From assembly GCA_012026655.1 (NCBI GenBank), contig JAAILG010000056.1, forward strand, positions 62,001-126,000: DNA of 64,000 nt. Direction: 5' to 3'. Both the position numbers and the translations under genes were made by a program. The DNA is from Hydrolagus affinis (taxonomy: Eukaryota). Positions within the stretch are counted from its first letter, which is position 1, and every line of letters starts with the position of its first letter. This document shows positions 38,321 to 51,497 of the stretch, piece after piece. The notes below the pieces were generated by a model. The model was not told the origin of the DNA and did not search any database. It saw only the letters and a list, made by a program, of their open reading frames with translations.

Positions 38321-41300
38321 AAAAAGGAAAACAATCACATTTAGCTTTCCATCGATTCGTAACATTTTTGTAATACAACTAAAGACTTCTGTTCCGACAA
38401 ACCAGCTTCACAATGAATTGATTGCATTGAACAAATGGGGTTAAATCCTACAATAAATTCAGGGCAGGGAGGAGGTAATGGGCAGTTTAGTTTGATGTGG
38501 TTTTGTTTTGCTTCTCTTTGTACGCTGTAGGTGTATGCTATCCATTTGCTCAGAGGGATTGAATTACAGCTGTGTCCTTAAGTAGGGCATAAGAATAACT
38601 GAGGAAGGGTGCCCGCAAATGCATTTAGGGTTTTAGTTGCAGTCTTGTCAGGCATCTTGGTGCCTGAACAGATTTCATGTGACACATGAAACTTTGCTTC
38701 TTGAGCTGAATGCTGCTCAGTTTTCATTATAAATGAAGACAGAACCAGGGGCAAACAAACCTGTCAGTGGGGCAGACTGCTGGGTTTTTTGCTGCCGCTG
38801 GGAATAAAGACAACTTTCTTAGGACTCCCGAAGTACGTCAATGACATGTTCGAAACGGAAATGTCCACGGAAGTGTCGTTTTTTTGCCCACTTGTAAGGT
38901 GAACAGGAGAACACACAAGATTCTGTCTGTCCCATATTCAGCCCAGCATCCATCAAGCCGCAGCTCTGGGCTTTGGAGCTACAGCAATCTGTTAAGGAGA
39001 TAAATAATCTGATTTGGCATGACACTCCCACTCTCCTCTTTAATTTGTCTTACACAAGGAAAATTATAATTAAATCATTCAGGGTAAAACCCTTGAGTGT
39101 ATGGGAGGAAAAACAGTTTGATGGAGATTGCCAGTGGAGACCATCAGCCCTGTTGTGGTCTGGAGATATTTATCCACTGAAAGAAAGAAAAGAAATGCTT
39201 CTACATACATTGTGTGGGGAATAACTATACTCAAATCAAAGCCTTTATAAAATAAACATCTAGCCTCTGTGGTGGGACTTTAAAAGGGCAACGAGAGTCA
39301 AATAATACTTTTTTGTGTGTGTGTGTGAGAAACTACGTACAATAGTTTTTATTATAGTCATTATGGTTTTAGAGGAAAAAAAACACATTGTAAAGTTATT
39401 TATATCAATTCTGTCAAGCATACTAGAACGCCATTGGGCACTGATGTGTGATTTTTATTGTATATTGCTATTGACTGAACAAAGCTGCTGCATAGCCACA
39501 GCAGCTGTTGAAACCAGAACAGTCAATAGGAAAAAAAATGTTGAAAATTGCTGGTAGGAGCACAGAAGATTTACCTTGATAGAAGACATAAAATACCACA
39601 TTAATAAAATGAGATTATTTAAAAGTTTTGTTTTATGTTGGGGTCAATTTTAAAAAAATTTTTTTACAAAAAAGCACACCTTAAATAATGAGTATCAACA
39701 TAATTAACATTTAACACATACTTTACACAGTCTTGTATGGCATTTTACACATTTGCTTTCATATTCCGTAGCTTAAGATCTTCCTGTTAAATAGCATCTG
39801 ATATTTTTTGCCCTGTTAGAATTTTTTGGGGTTTTACTGCCGTGATTCAGATGCGAATCATTAGACAAAGTATCAATCAGAATTTTGGGGGAGTGAGGAG
39901 GGGAGTGGAAGAGATAGGTGGGGGAAGAAAAACTTGTTTATTTTAAACGGAAATCTGAATGATATCCTTATTTAGACTTGACTTCACGCACCAGGGCACA
40001 ATACTGTATAATGAGTTTTAACATCTCTTTCTCAGATCAATTTGCAAAATCATAATATAGGTTCTTGATATGTAATTGTCACTTTTAAAGGGGTTTTTCG
40101 TCTGAAGAAGTATAGTTAAATCTCACTGTGAACGCTTCAGCAGATTTTGATTGCAGTGCAGTTATGACTTGTTATGCAAAATACCTAAAAGTAATTATAT
40201 ACTTTGTAGAAAAGCTGTTACAACACCTTCAATTAAATGCTCCTGGTACAGCTTCACCTGTACCTAGATTCTCTTTTGTTCATATAATGCCTTTCAGTGG
40301 GCAAATCAATGTAAATTTGACCTACTCAAAAAGTCTAGCAGACTTTGGTGCACATTTGACCTAGTACTGGATATGAAATATGTTCTTAAGACCCTAATGG
40401 CCAGTTCATATTCTCAAAGAGATTTGATAGCACAGGTGGTGCTAATGTAGAACAGACCCCTAGGCACTTGTAGTCCAGAGTTGTACAGATTGTAAGCTGT
40501 CTCAGTCCATATGGCAGGCTGTCCTGCTCTCTGAAAAGCACTGGAGATGTGCCTGCAGGTGGAATGGTCAGTTTGGGGTAAAAAAAAAGATTTTTTTTAA
40601 CCATTACCATCCTATTCTGACCAAAAAAAGACAAAGAACGTGTTTTCGGATTCGCTTCTGATCACATTTTTTTTGATAGTTCATCTGGTTTTGCTGAGAC
40701 TTTGCTCATGATGTGGTCAGCCACAATTGCCTTAGCCACTTTATATTATACAACCTCTAAATTCTCAATTTAAAAAAAAAAGTGCTTCATTTTGTTTGTC
40801 CTTCTGAGAAAGCAAGGCTTGGAATTATAAATAGAAATTGTGAGCTGCCTCTTTGAAATGTACAGTGACAAAATGCTGCCCTACTTTAAACAAAGGATAT
40901 TTATAACATAGATATATTCTTCTTCCCACCCCCCCACCCCCAACCATGTTTTTTGTTTTTTTTTCTCTCATTTTTCTCTGCTGTAATTAGAATCTTGACG
41001 ATTAACTGTTTGGCTTGGGGGTAGGGGAGCAATTGGACAATTTGATCCATTAGTTGGGCACTAGTCATGCTTTAATAATTCGTTCGAAGAATTCTATTAC
41101 ACTTTTGAACCAAACTCTCTGATTGAAAATAATAGCAAAGTGGTACCAAAGAGCGTTGGAGCTTTTCTGTGAGCTCTGGCTAATATTACGGGACAGGCTG
41201 ACTCCAGAATTGCCAGGATACACTTGTGGTGAGTTTCATCAGATCTCAACCAAAGTTTCAGCCCTGCTTATCAAAGAGGAAGGAAAAATCAGAAACTCAA

Positions 41301-42324
41301 GTCATCCCTGGCTCCTCTTGCATAATTCTTAGCAACTGGTTATAGAATTCGACTGAAAGATGGGAAACTACACATGAGTTTTTTTTAAATCCCACTTATC
41401 CGAATGTAGTTTCCAGAATACCTCCACACGCCCCAATACCTCCTCTCCCCACAGCTAGTTTAGGGTAATTGTGTCCCTACGTTCATAGGAGACTGGTGTC
41501 ATTTTGAATGCAAATACCACTTGAAAACAAGTCAGCAGAAATACATATATGGACTTGTAAGTAAATTTCTCCACACCAGACTCTCAACTTTATGATGATT
41601 TGAGCAGCAAATGTACCAGGCCTTCATTGAAAATAAATAAGCATCTGAAATGTCCTTTACTAATGGCAGCACAGTTTGCTTTGTGGAGTTGGGCGTTGGG
41701 GGTGGTGGGGAGGAGGGTTGGGGTAGGGAGGAATGTGGTTTAACACTCGGTTGAACAAAGATAACATCTTGCTGTTTACCACATGACCTGGATCATTGTG
41801 TCTTTTGACTCAGATCTATGCAGTTGAATCATTCTGTTTCAGTCTGGTTATAACGAGAACAGTGAGCAATATAGGCAAATTTACATGATATTGAACGATG
41901 AGTGAATATTTATTTTTAGACTAGCGATAGTTTTCACCAGCCTGCTCGTGCTCTCGCCTGCCCGCCGCTAACCTCCAGCAAAAAAAGTGACAGACCGACA
42001 GTCACCAATTTTCCAGCGCTGTTTTGATAAGCTGAGATGTGGCAGGTGCACAATCGCACAGTAACACGGCTTTAGCAATCGCTGGAGGTCCTGGTAGCAC
42101 AGACGAGAACGGTTCAACCTCCATGGCACTGTACATAGAGTGGATGGGAGCCTCTGGCAAAGCTGAGGTTAGGAAAGTCTCCTATTTGCCAAAACGTGAA
42201 CCAAGATGGTTCTACAGCAGTAATATTAAAAAAAGATTAAAAACTCTCAAAGGAATAATTCTGTGTGGCACAACAGCACCGATATATGAATCAACTTTTT
42301 AACAATACTTTCTGTGTTTATATA

Positions 42325-42610
42325 GTCTAGCTCAGTGGTTAGAGTACACGCTTTACAAGCGTGAGACCTGTTGGAATCCAGGCAGGCGAAACCTTGGACA
42401 AGCTTTCCTACTCCACATGCCTAATAATAATAAGCCCTCAAAAAAAAATTGATCATTTAAATTTCAACCCACGACTGTTTGTGGGACACTGCTGTGTTTC
42501 GCCCACAAATATACAGTCAATTCACTTTACATTGCATTCTGTAGAGCGCATTGAGAAGTCTAGAAGACATGAAAAGCACTATATCAAATGCAAGGATTAT
42601 TACAGTATTA
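42325..42610 (+). mobile_element. Young tRNA-derived SINE with small internal deletions
   Basis: tagctcagtggttagagtacacgctttacaagcgtgagacc...ccacgactgtttgtgggacactgctgtg...atcaaatgcaaggattattac. Confidence 0.88.
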
Positions 42611-43482
42611 TGATTTTACACTGTATAGTGGTGGAATGCCATTTACAACGATGTATCTTGCATTTATTTAGCGCTTTTCACGATGGATAGTCATGGGAGT
42701 GCGTCAATGTCGCAATATCTAATTTATTCAATGTTGTACGGGTAAAAATCCCAGAAAGGGCTATGGTTTGGTATGAACAAAGAGCAAAAGGTTTCACAGA
42801 AACTTGAGGTTCAGTGATATGTCTGTAGAAATGCTGTGCAGAAATGCAGTTTGCAATCGTATAAAACCTTTCACGGCAGGAGGACATCTCCCAAGAGCTT
42901 GTTCCATGAGTTGCTGTTTCATTAAGAAGACTTTCTTGCAATGTGGGCATTCAATGTTGCTGCGGCGGCAGATCAGATTTAAACCCGTATTCAGCATTGT
43001 TTTCAGTTTTCTAGGCAGATTTGTTTGATTAATCTCTCGGAAATCTCAACGAGCCTGGATAGATTGTGTAACCGCAGTTGATCAGTTTCTGTAAAACACT
43101 ATGACACTGCGCTTGTACCTCTTTTCATTAGTGTTGTAATGGAATAAAACATTCTCCACAAACCCCCAATTCAGGTTTGGTTAATACTGCGTAAACTTCA
43201 ATATATATTATGTTACATTTTGAACGGGTTTCTTGTTAATTGAGAAAACCTCTTATAAATGCATACCCATTATACGTAACTCTTTAATATAACATAACCG
43301 TGGAACTACTTTTTTTTAATATATAACTCTCATTTCTTATTTTATAACATTACCAACCTTCTATAATTTGGTTTGACTGTGATTCACACACACACACTGG
43401 TGGGCTTATTGAGGGGCCCGACTTATTGCACTTGCTGTTTGTGGCAGCAGTGTAAATGTATCCTTTTCTCTTCTCGCTTTAG

Positions 43483-43587
43483 GTTATCCCATGAGGAACA
43501 TGCGGGCAATCATCCATTGTATGGCCACGGTGTGTGCAAATGGCCTGGCTGTGAGGCATGCTGTGATGACTTTGGACATTTCTTAAA
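43483..43587 (+). CDS. FOXP1: FOXP1 coding exon E (105 nt), first half of C2H2 zinc finger: [34 protein letters not shown](K)
   Basis: Acceptor ttctcgctttag|G, donor AA|gtaagt; [15 protein letters not shown] signature. Confidence 0.97.
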
Positions 43588-45264
43588 GTAAGTCAACTTT
43601 TTTTTGTGTGTGTGGCAATTTGATTGATAATTGGTTTGGTTTTTGATCCACTGGGGAATCTAGCAGATGCATGCATTTGACCTGAAAACCTCACCCGTCC
43701 ATTTTGTAACATTCCAGTGGTTTGATAGTACAACAGCAGTTATAGGGATGGGGGTGAGTGAGTGTGTAAAGGAAAGCAATCTTGTTGCCTTGCGTATTGC
43801 TGGGTGAGGGAGGAGATGGAAGTCAAAGTATCTGATGCCTCCAGTTTATCTATGTCTAAGTATACCATAAAATCCCATTATTAATCTAACATCACATACA
43901 TACAATTCCCAATGTTTTATTTCTGTGAACACAAAATACTGTGAGCCAATGTGTATATTTATTTCCTTATTTGCTTTTCGACTTGGCTGCAATCTCGGCT
44001 CATAAATTCCTGGTTATTAATTAACAGTAATTGGCCAACTGTTGTTCCCGTTTGGGGATAGGACCTACAGTGCTGTGTAGGAACTCATCAGCAAATGCCA
44101 TTGTCCACAAACAGTTTCCTCACCCCAATTCCGACTCAAAAGTCCAACCAACACATCAATTAATATAGCCCTATTCGTACCGATTTCACTTTATTTAAAA
44201 ACCAAATCGCTGTGGAAAAGTGCCACAACGTTCGAATACCAAGTGATCTCAAAACTGCACATGTCATTTAACACTTTGCGGACTTGTACGCCAGGAAAAT
44301 CCAATGGGCTTACGGGATTTCATTGAAAGAAATATTATGTCTGATTTATCATATGTGGTTATTGGCATTGGGTATTCACAGGGCCGGATCAGTGTTAAAT
44401 AATGAGATAATTATCGTGTTTTATAAACTGAGAACTTTTCAATCGCTAAACTAGCAGGAGATTAGGTACTTTTCAGACACAAATACAGTCCCATCTGTTT
44501 TTAATGCTGAAGTATACAAACAGCATTCCAGAAAAGAGTCCAGCACTTGAAACAAATTACTGACAACTTGACTGTTGCATATTAGTTCAGCTTCCTTTAA
44601 TAAAATCTTACACCCAAAGGACTTGACTAACATTTAAACTGTATGGAAAATAAAAGACTTATTATAGGTGAAACTTTTACACAGCACTTATTTTTTTAGG
44701 TCTCTGTGGCATAGTTCAGTTGTTTGTGCAGACTATTCAAACTCAGTAAAACATTTAAAGAACAACTTTAATTTACAAAGAAACTACTATTTCGTAAGCT
44801 CTCTGGTTATAAGGCTGCAAAATTCTCTGCTTGTAGGTGGTGTGGACATGTGCAGAAAATTGCAGATTCAATGCTTTGTCCTTTTGAGGGAAGAATATGT
44901 TTAACTACATATATATGCAAATACTGCTAAATTGTTTTAGCAAACGTTTGCACAATTTAGGATTGTGCCAGGAAACTATTGCCAACGTTAGATAAATTAT
45001 CATTTTCATGTGATTCATGTGACTCATACATACTCTACAATTCCCCTCTCCCCTACCCCCTCCAAACAGTTTTTAAAGATGAATTCTGGAGGACAATAAG
45101 CTTTTTTATGTTGCACTTGCTCAGACTTGCGCAGACATTGCTGTATAGTGATCCAAATCGCTGTGTATATTATTTTAGGGTGATCAAGGCTATTTGTGTC
45201 GAGCAGAAGTGTTAGAACCCAATTGGTGTGTTGGTCTGAAAGGGTCAGGGTGACCCATGTGCCA

Positions 45265-45280
45265 CAGTGCCCTCTAGTGA
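45265..45280. promoter_or_regulatory. Candidate CTCF site
   Basis: CAGTGCCCTCTAGTGA resembles the CTCF core (YGCCCYCTAGTGG); motif match only. Confidence 0.4.
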
Positions 45281-45609
45281 TCTTGGAGTCACAACAATAA
45301 AATGTGTCCGTGGAAGATCAGTCAGTGGGATTCTTCATCAGCTTGTAGTAATCTAAAAGTTCACCTTTGTTCACTCGATGCTCTTTTTACAAGATATCAC
45401 AGGTGAGAGAAGAAATGTTCCATTTTTTGTTTAGAAATCCAGGGAATGCAGCGTTATGAGAGTACCACCCGGCCGCGAGCACTTTTTATTCTCTTTATTG
45501 GTCATGAAATCAGAGCTCTCGCTTATTCGTGGCTTAATGGGTAACATTAGGCCATACACGCTGCACGTTTGGATCCTGACGTAGCTGATCTGCACAGTGG
45601 GTTGGTGGT

Positions 45610-45750
45610 TTATGGAATCATAGAATTATACAGCACAGAAGGAGGCCATTCGGCCCATCGTGTCTGTGTTGACTCATTGAAAAGAACTGTCCAAATTAAT
45701 CCAACTCCCCTGTTCTCTTCCCATAGTCCTGCAAACTTGCCCTCCCCAAA
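45610..45750 (-). mobile_element. CR1-clade LINE 3' end
   Basis: atcatagaattatacagcacagaaggaggccattcggcccatcgtgtctgtg is the characteristic CR1 3' terminus (reverse strand) of cartilaginous fishes. Confidence 0.8.
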
Positions 45751-45834
45751 TGATCGGGTATAATTCGCATTTGATATAGCGCCTTTCATGTTGGGAGGAT
45801 AGCCTTGGATTTTTTAGGTGAAGACAATTTTCAC

Positions 45835-46050
45835 AATCAACAGCAGTGTCCACAGTCTTCTTTGAAGTGAATGACTAACATTATCTGGGACACGGGCGGG
45901 GTAGTTGGCCAAGACACTGGGAGAAACGCCCTTCACTTTTCTAATAGTGTCATGGGATGGGTTTATGGGTTTACTGTCTCATCTGAAGAACAGCAACTTC
46001 AATGATAAAATGCACCCCCAACACTCTTATTAGACAGTCAATGTAGACTG
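45835..46050 (-). mobile_element. Older Deu-domain SINE fragment
   Basis: gttggccaagacactgggagaaac...aatagtgtcatgggat...gtttactgtctcatctgaagaacagcaacttc. Confidence 0.7.
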
Positions 46051-46214
46051 TCCACAAACAATTCACACCGGTCGATTCAATAAAGAAAAAGCAGATTTGT
46101 AGATCGGATAACCTTTGCAGACATTAAAGGCTAACTTTAACAGACCTAATTCAGCCTAATTTAGGATGCCTTGAGTTAGGAACACAGCCTGTCCTCAGCA
46201 CATTACACGCATCT

Positions 46215-46345
46215 GCATGCAATTTGCTGCCATTGCCCACAAAATACACAGTCGCCTACTCTTGATGGTGAACCCTGTGAAACGTTTTGAGATGTCACCC
46301 TGAAGTGAAAAATGTTATAATTAAAGGCGGGGATTATTATGATTA
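46215..46345 (+). mobile_element. Diverged SINE 3' tail
   Basis: tgcaatttgctgccattgcccacaaaatacacagtc...ctgtgaaacgttttgagatgtc...gggattattatgattatt. Confidence 0.65.
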
Positions 46346-47901
46346 TTGTCATCCTTGCAGCACAGAATTATACATCAAATGTGTGTCAAACGCCTAATGT
46401 GTTAACCAAACCTCCCGTTTGGCTTGCTCTGGTAATTTGACGCGCGAAACGCAGGTGATCAACAAAGCTGGTAGTACTGCGGACAGAACAATAGGGCGAT
46501 GGAAGCCGGATTTCTGTCTTATTCCACGTTCAAGTTATAAAATGATCGGCGCGGATGGAGTCTTAACTGGAGCAATGAGAAACGTTTGCATCTAGTCTGC
46601 TGTACATAGAAGCTAATAGGGGGAATCTCCCTCTTTATGGTATTTGAGTCATATAGGGAGAGCATTAAATTACACGATGTTCTTTCTATCTAGTACTTTG
46701 CTACCACAATTTTTGCATACTTCAGAATTGCACAGCTGGAAATTTTGAAGCAGTTTTCTGAAGGCAGCAGATTTGTTTTTAGAGAAAAAAAACAACAAAA
46801 CACACACACACACACCGGAACTGCTTACTGCAGCCCCAAAAAAAGGGGGTTGGAGTTTTACCAGGAGAGACGGTGAGATCATACAGCAGCAGCTGAACAT
46901 TAGATAAATGGTTTCAAACAGATTGGACCATTTTTATCACTCTGTGTGGGGAGAACATTTTGCTGTTCTTATCGATGTAACAGTCTTGTTGTCCACATTT
47001 TTTTCCCAATCCACCACCCTGTACTACAAGTACAGCTCAGCCAAAATAAACTCAAATCAGTTCCCAGGATAGACATTTGCTTGCCTCAACTTCCACTCTT
47101 GCTCCTATTCAAGTACAGTTCTTAAAAAGTTTTCGAGCTCAGAAAAGGAACTTTTTCTCCCCCTTTCTCTCTCTCTTGTGCTTTCTCAGTTGACGTCTGC
47201 AGATATTAGCCAACCAGGAAGTCCACATTTATATACATGCAAATGTAAATAGTTTTGTGGTTTTTTTCTCTCTGTCACTGGCCAAAGGTTCATGAATCAT
47301 TTCTGGGTGTGGGTTAATATTTATATTTATTTTAATGTGGAGAGGAAAGTAAACATAGCTAACTACAGAGGGAAAGGGCCAGTATTGTCCCATGAAAGGG
47401 TCTCTATATAGCTGACTGTTTTATGGTAGTAATTTACATTAGTAACTGTCATTTCACCAGGAAGCTTTAGCATACACTTCATCTGAGGTCTAAAAAGTGA
47501 CACATGCCAACATTCATAGTCTCTCTTTATGTCAATTCCACACTTTTATAGCCTTTTATTTAAACCACATTTCATGAGGCTGCATTAGAGCATATTTGAA
47601 TATTTCATTTCCTATTAATTATGCACTGTGACCCACGCTGTCATTATGAGAAAGAGAGTGACCTATCTAATGTAACAGTCTGCAAATAAAATTGCTGAGC
47701 ATTGCTTGCGATAGGGTGGGATGTGTGTGCGTTGGGGGTAGAATCCTGAACTGTATTGATAATGTAACCAGGTGTGGTCAGTCTTCTGTTGTGATGTCCA
47801 TTAAATGATAGAAATAAATTTCAGAAAGCAAGCACGAACGAGATTTTGCTAAACTGCCAAGCTGAGCATGAAGGCATGCTTAGTGACAGTGACCTACATG
47901 G

Positions 47902-48129
47902 NNNNNNNNNNNNNNNNNNNNNNNNNNNNNNNNNNNNNNNNNNNNNNNNNNNNNNNNNNNNNNNNNNNNNNNNNNNNNNNNNNNNNNNNNNNNNNNNNNN
48001 NNNNNNNNNNNNNNNNNNNNNNNNNNNNNNNNNNNNNNNNNNNNNNNNNNNNNNNNNNNNNNNNNNNNNNNNNNNNNNNNNNNNNNNNNNNNNNNNNNNN
48101 NNNNNNNNNNNNNNNNNNNNNNNNNNNNN
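47902..48129. other. Assembly gap (228 N)
   Basis: Run of N. Confidence 1.
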
Positions 48130-48751
48130 CTAGACCATTTTATATAAATCATGAAATATGCTGTCTGCTGGCAAGGTACTTATTTAGATTAGTTATAAAC
48201 GTGCAGAAAAAGGGAACATCTTTGCAGTATAAAATAATCATGCATAATTATATTCATAATTCAAGCCTGTGACAGATTCCATCTTTCTTATTCTTGTTGT
48301 CCTTTGCCTTCATTCTGGCTTCATTTGATTTCTGTTATCTTGATGACATAATTAACTGTTAAAGCTCACAAAATAAAGAGACCTTTGAGAAGAAAAAGGT
48401 TGTTGCTTTTTTTTTAATGGCACCAAAAGCTTTACCCGCAATACATATTCGGCCACAATTTTCAGCAGCAAAAATAATTTCTTGTTGTTTTGGTGAATTA
48501 TACCCCAAAAAAAGGTAGCTTTTTTTTCCCCACAGCCTGTAAATCTACTTACACTGCAATGCCAATTTCAGCATCAGCGCTGTTCCTATTTGGCTTCTAA
48601 CAATTGTCATTTGTGGCAGAAATGTGACTTTTTTAAAATACAACCCAATCGACGCAAGTTTTCAATCTCGGGAGAGGAACGTCACTGTTTTCCGCGCTTT
48701 GGCGGAGACGTGTTGTGATCTGAAACTCCCGCTTTTATCTCCCCTTCTCAG

Positions 48752-48839
48752 ACATCTCAACAATGAGCATGCACTTGATGACCGAAGTACAGCACAGTGT
48801 CGAGTACAGATGCAGGTAGTACAACAGCTGGAACTTCAG
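48752..48839 (+). CDS. FOXP1: FOXP1 coding exon F (88 nt), zinc finger end and leucine zipper start: [29 protein letters not shown]
   Basis: Acceptor ccccttctcag|A, donor CAG|gtacgt; invariant FOXP coiled-coil sequence. Confidence 0.97.
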
Positions 48840-49371
48840 GTACGTTTTTCTCTCTCTCCCCCGCACCCCCCCATCTGAAATATGATCTGTTTACCCAGTC
48901 ATCCACCCCAATCTACACACAATCACAGTTCCATCTTGATTTTGGAGGTAACATTTGCTTAATGACTAACAGCAAAACAGAGAGACACATTTACGTATGC
49001 TGACATGGTATGGCTACAGTACAGCTCTGACTGTCTCTGCCTTAGTGTGTTTTTTTCCCCCAAATCTCGTGTCTGAATCTGTCTGCGTTTTACCAAAATC
49101 CCTTGTCTCACTAGTTGACAGTGTAATCTGAAGACTTTTCTCCATTGTAGAATCATTGGACATTTGTTGTTTTGCTTGTGTGCCTGTCAAGCTTTACACA
49201 CACCCAGTGGAGACTGTTTCTGTGCGTGTTTTTCATGTGTCGTGTGTAGAGTTAAAACATGAAACTGACTGATATTCCACTATTTAACTTACCTGTTTGT
49301 CATCCGTGTCTCCGCTCCAGTCCCCAGCTTGTTGCAGATAGCAGTTACTGGTGCCAAGGTTCAATGTATAG

Positions 49372-49608
49372 CAGTGGCTTCCAAACTTTGAATATAGTGG
49401 CGCTCCCCACACTCAGCAACGTTTTCGATGTGCACCCCCACCCCCTCCTTCACATTCGGCTCCACACACTCGGATCCTCAGCTCTACACACTCGGATCCT
49501 CGGCTGCACACGCACTCAGGGGCTCGAGACTCTAAAACTCTGCGCACCCCAGCCAACGGTACGCGCCCCCCCACAAGGAAGGTGCGCCCCACAGTTTAGA
49601 AACCACTC
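49372..49608. mobile_element. Non-autonomous hAT (Charlie-type) DNA transposon / MITE, 237 bp
   Basis: TIRs CAGTGGCTTCCAAACT (49372-49387) and AGTTTAGAAACCACTC (49593-49608), 13/16 complementary; 8-bp flanks ATGTATAG / GTGCATAG (6/8) fit an hAT target-site duplication. Confidence 0.8.
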
Positions 49609-51059
49609 GTGCATAGCTCCCTCTCAGTCTTCAACAAACAAAAGCAAGGAAAAGCTATCAGATTATATAGTTATCTCAGGTTTAATAGTACAACTGTAAA
49701 GCTTCAAAGTAACTCACAGTATTATCCCATTGTAGATAAATTCACCTGTGCTGTTGTAGCTGGGACATACTAGTCTCTTGATTGGGTTCCAATACCACTA
49801 GCTTGATGTTGGCAGTCAGACTTCATGGGGGATAGAGAATGGTTAGACTGTGGCAAGCCATGGGAGACGGATGAAGTTTACTTTCCTGCTTATGGGACCT
49901 GTTGTGTAATCTTATTGCACGCAGATGATCAAAAATGTCCCACAGTTGATGAGAACCGGTTAACAACCTGGAAACTCAAACGCTTTCCACTTTATTGATT
50001 CAATATGCTTTACTTACGCCTATGGCTTTCAGTTCAAGCAGGTACATTGGGTGTACTTTCAGATTCTCGGTGTTAGCACATTTTTACATGACCCAGTTAG
50101 GACTGGTGGAACCAACCTATGAAAGTCTGGTCATAAGCAATTTTGAGCTGTTGTTCATATAAAACGCACGCACACGTACTGAAATAACCGTTGAGCGAAG
50201 CGACACTTTTAAGTGACCCGTAAATATGTGAAAATAGTGTTTGCTCTTCAGTGCAACAGGAGCCTTGCAGCAATCCTCTCTGCCACCAGCTCAAGTCAAG
50301 AGCTACAGGAGAGGTCTAGTTCTTGTGGTCAGTCAATTGTAACACATCCATATGCAATAGTCCATTTAATCAATTCTCTGCAAGATATGGTTGGAATACT
50401 GTAGAGCAGTTGCAGTGTCAACCTCATGCATAAACAGAAAACCCGTGTGTATGTTTCTGAATAAACTCAAAATAGTTCAAGCACACACAGTCGGAATATG
50501 GAAAGGCCGCAATGAAATCTGATTGTTTTCACAACCAATAATAAGTTGCTTTTAATATGAAGATCAAACACACACAAAACCTTGCATGGATTCAGATAGT
50601 ACTACCAGAACGGCTGTTGAATCATTTCTGTTCTGATCAGTGGTGGAAACACAATGGCATCTGAAAACAGTTGAAACGTTTTGCTCAGCCACGCACCGTA
50701 ACCTAATTGCTTTGTTAGTTGACTCAAAGATTTGCCTTTTTTTTTAAAAAAAGTGAACTTTATACTGACATTTTCTGTTTGATTATCTGTTTGTCACCCT
50801 TGCATTCTGTTTTCCTCTGGTATAAAGCCAAGGTAAATCTTCCATTGATGCCAGGGACTCTACACAGTTTTGCGGAACTCTGATCCACTCTTTCATCTTT
50901 GTTTAAACACTGTTCAGTTCACTTTTTTTGATCGGATATTATCTTTCCATATTTACCCTTGAAAGTATTTTGTTGACAGTGTACGTAAATTGATCCAACA
51001 CTTCAAATATTTCTCACTGTCATATCCTTGATGAGAAAATGAAAATGAACCCACAAAAA

Positions 51060-51172
51060 TAATCATAATAATCCTTGCATTTGATATAGCTCCTTATCAT
51101 GTCTTCGAGACGTCTCAAAATGCTTCACAGAATATACTGTAAAGTGCATTGACTGTATATTTTGTGGGCGAA
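51060..51172 (-). mobile_element. Young SINE 3' tail fragment, about 240 nt upstream of exon G
   Basis: ataataatccttgcatttgatatagctcc...gcttcacagaatatactgtaaagtgcattgactgtatattttgtgggcgaa. Confidence 0.85.
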
Positions 51173-51413
51173 TACATTAATCCTGATTTTTCTTTTCCCC
51201 TTTTCTACAATTCACTTTCTGTGTTTTTCTTAAAAAGTATATAACATTGGGAACATTGCATTGGTAATGACATTTGGTGTCTGAATACCCCATTTATGCT
51301 TTGACACAAAGTTCCTGTCTCTATGTGTCCCAATAATGATAAATGCCTGAGTTCGCAATTGTTTTGGATTGTTGTGGTTTTGCCTCGGAAGCTAAAATGT
51401 ATTATTTTTGCAG

Positions 51414-51497
51414 CTTACGAAAGACAAAGAGCGCCTGCAAGCTATGATGACACACCTGCATGTGAAGTCAACTGAACCAAAACATACCCCTCAGCCT
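51414..51497 (+). CDS. FOXP1: FOXP1 coding exon G (84 nt), leucine zipper end: [28 protein letters not shown]
   Basis: Acceptor atttttgcag|CTT, donor CCT|gtaagt; missed by the ORF track, translated by hand. Confidence 0.97.

Noticed and set aside
43668-43673. RBFOX motif TGCATG 80 nt downstream of exon E (others at 18061 and 29748)
   Set aside because: Single hexamers at about the frequency expected by chance
49462-49505. CRISPR-like or regulatory repeat array
   Set aside because: Two adjacent units with no spacers inside a eukaryotic MITE; no cas genes or prokaryotic sequence in the window
49259-49699. 146-aa ORF
   Set aside because: Runs through the GC-rich MITE, which is poor in stop codons; no transposase similarity
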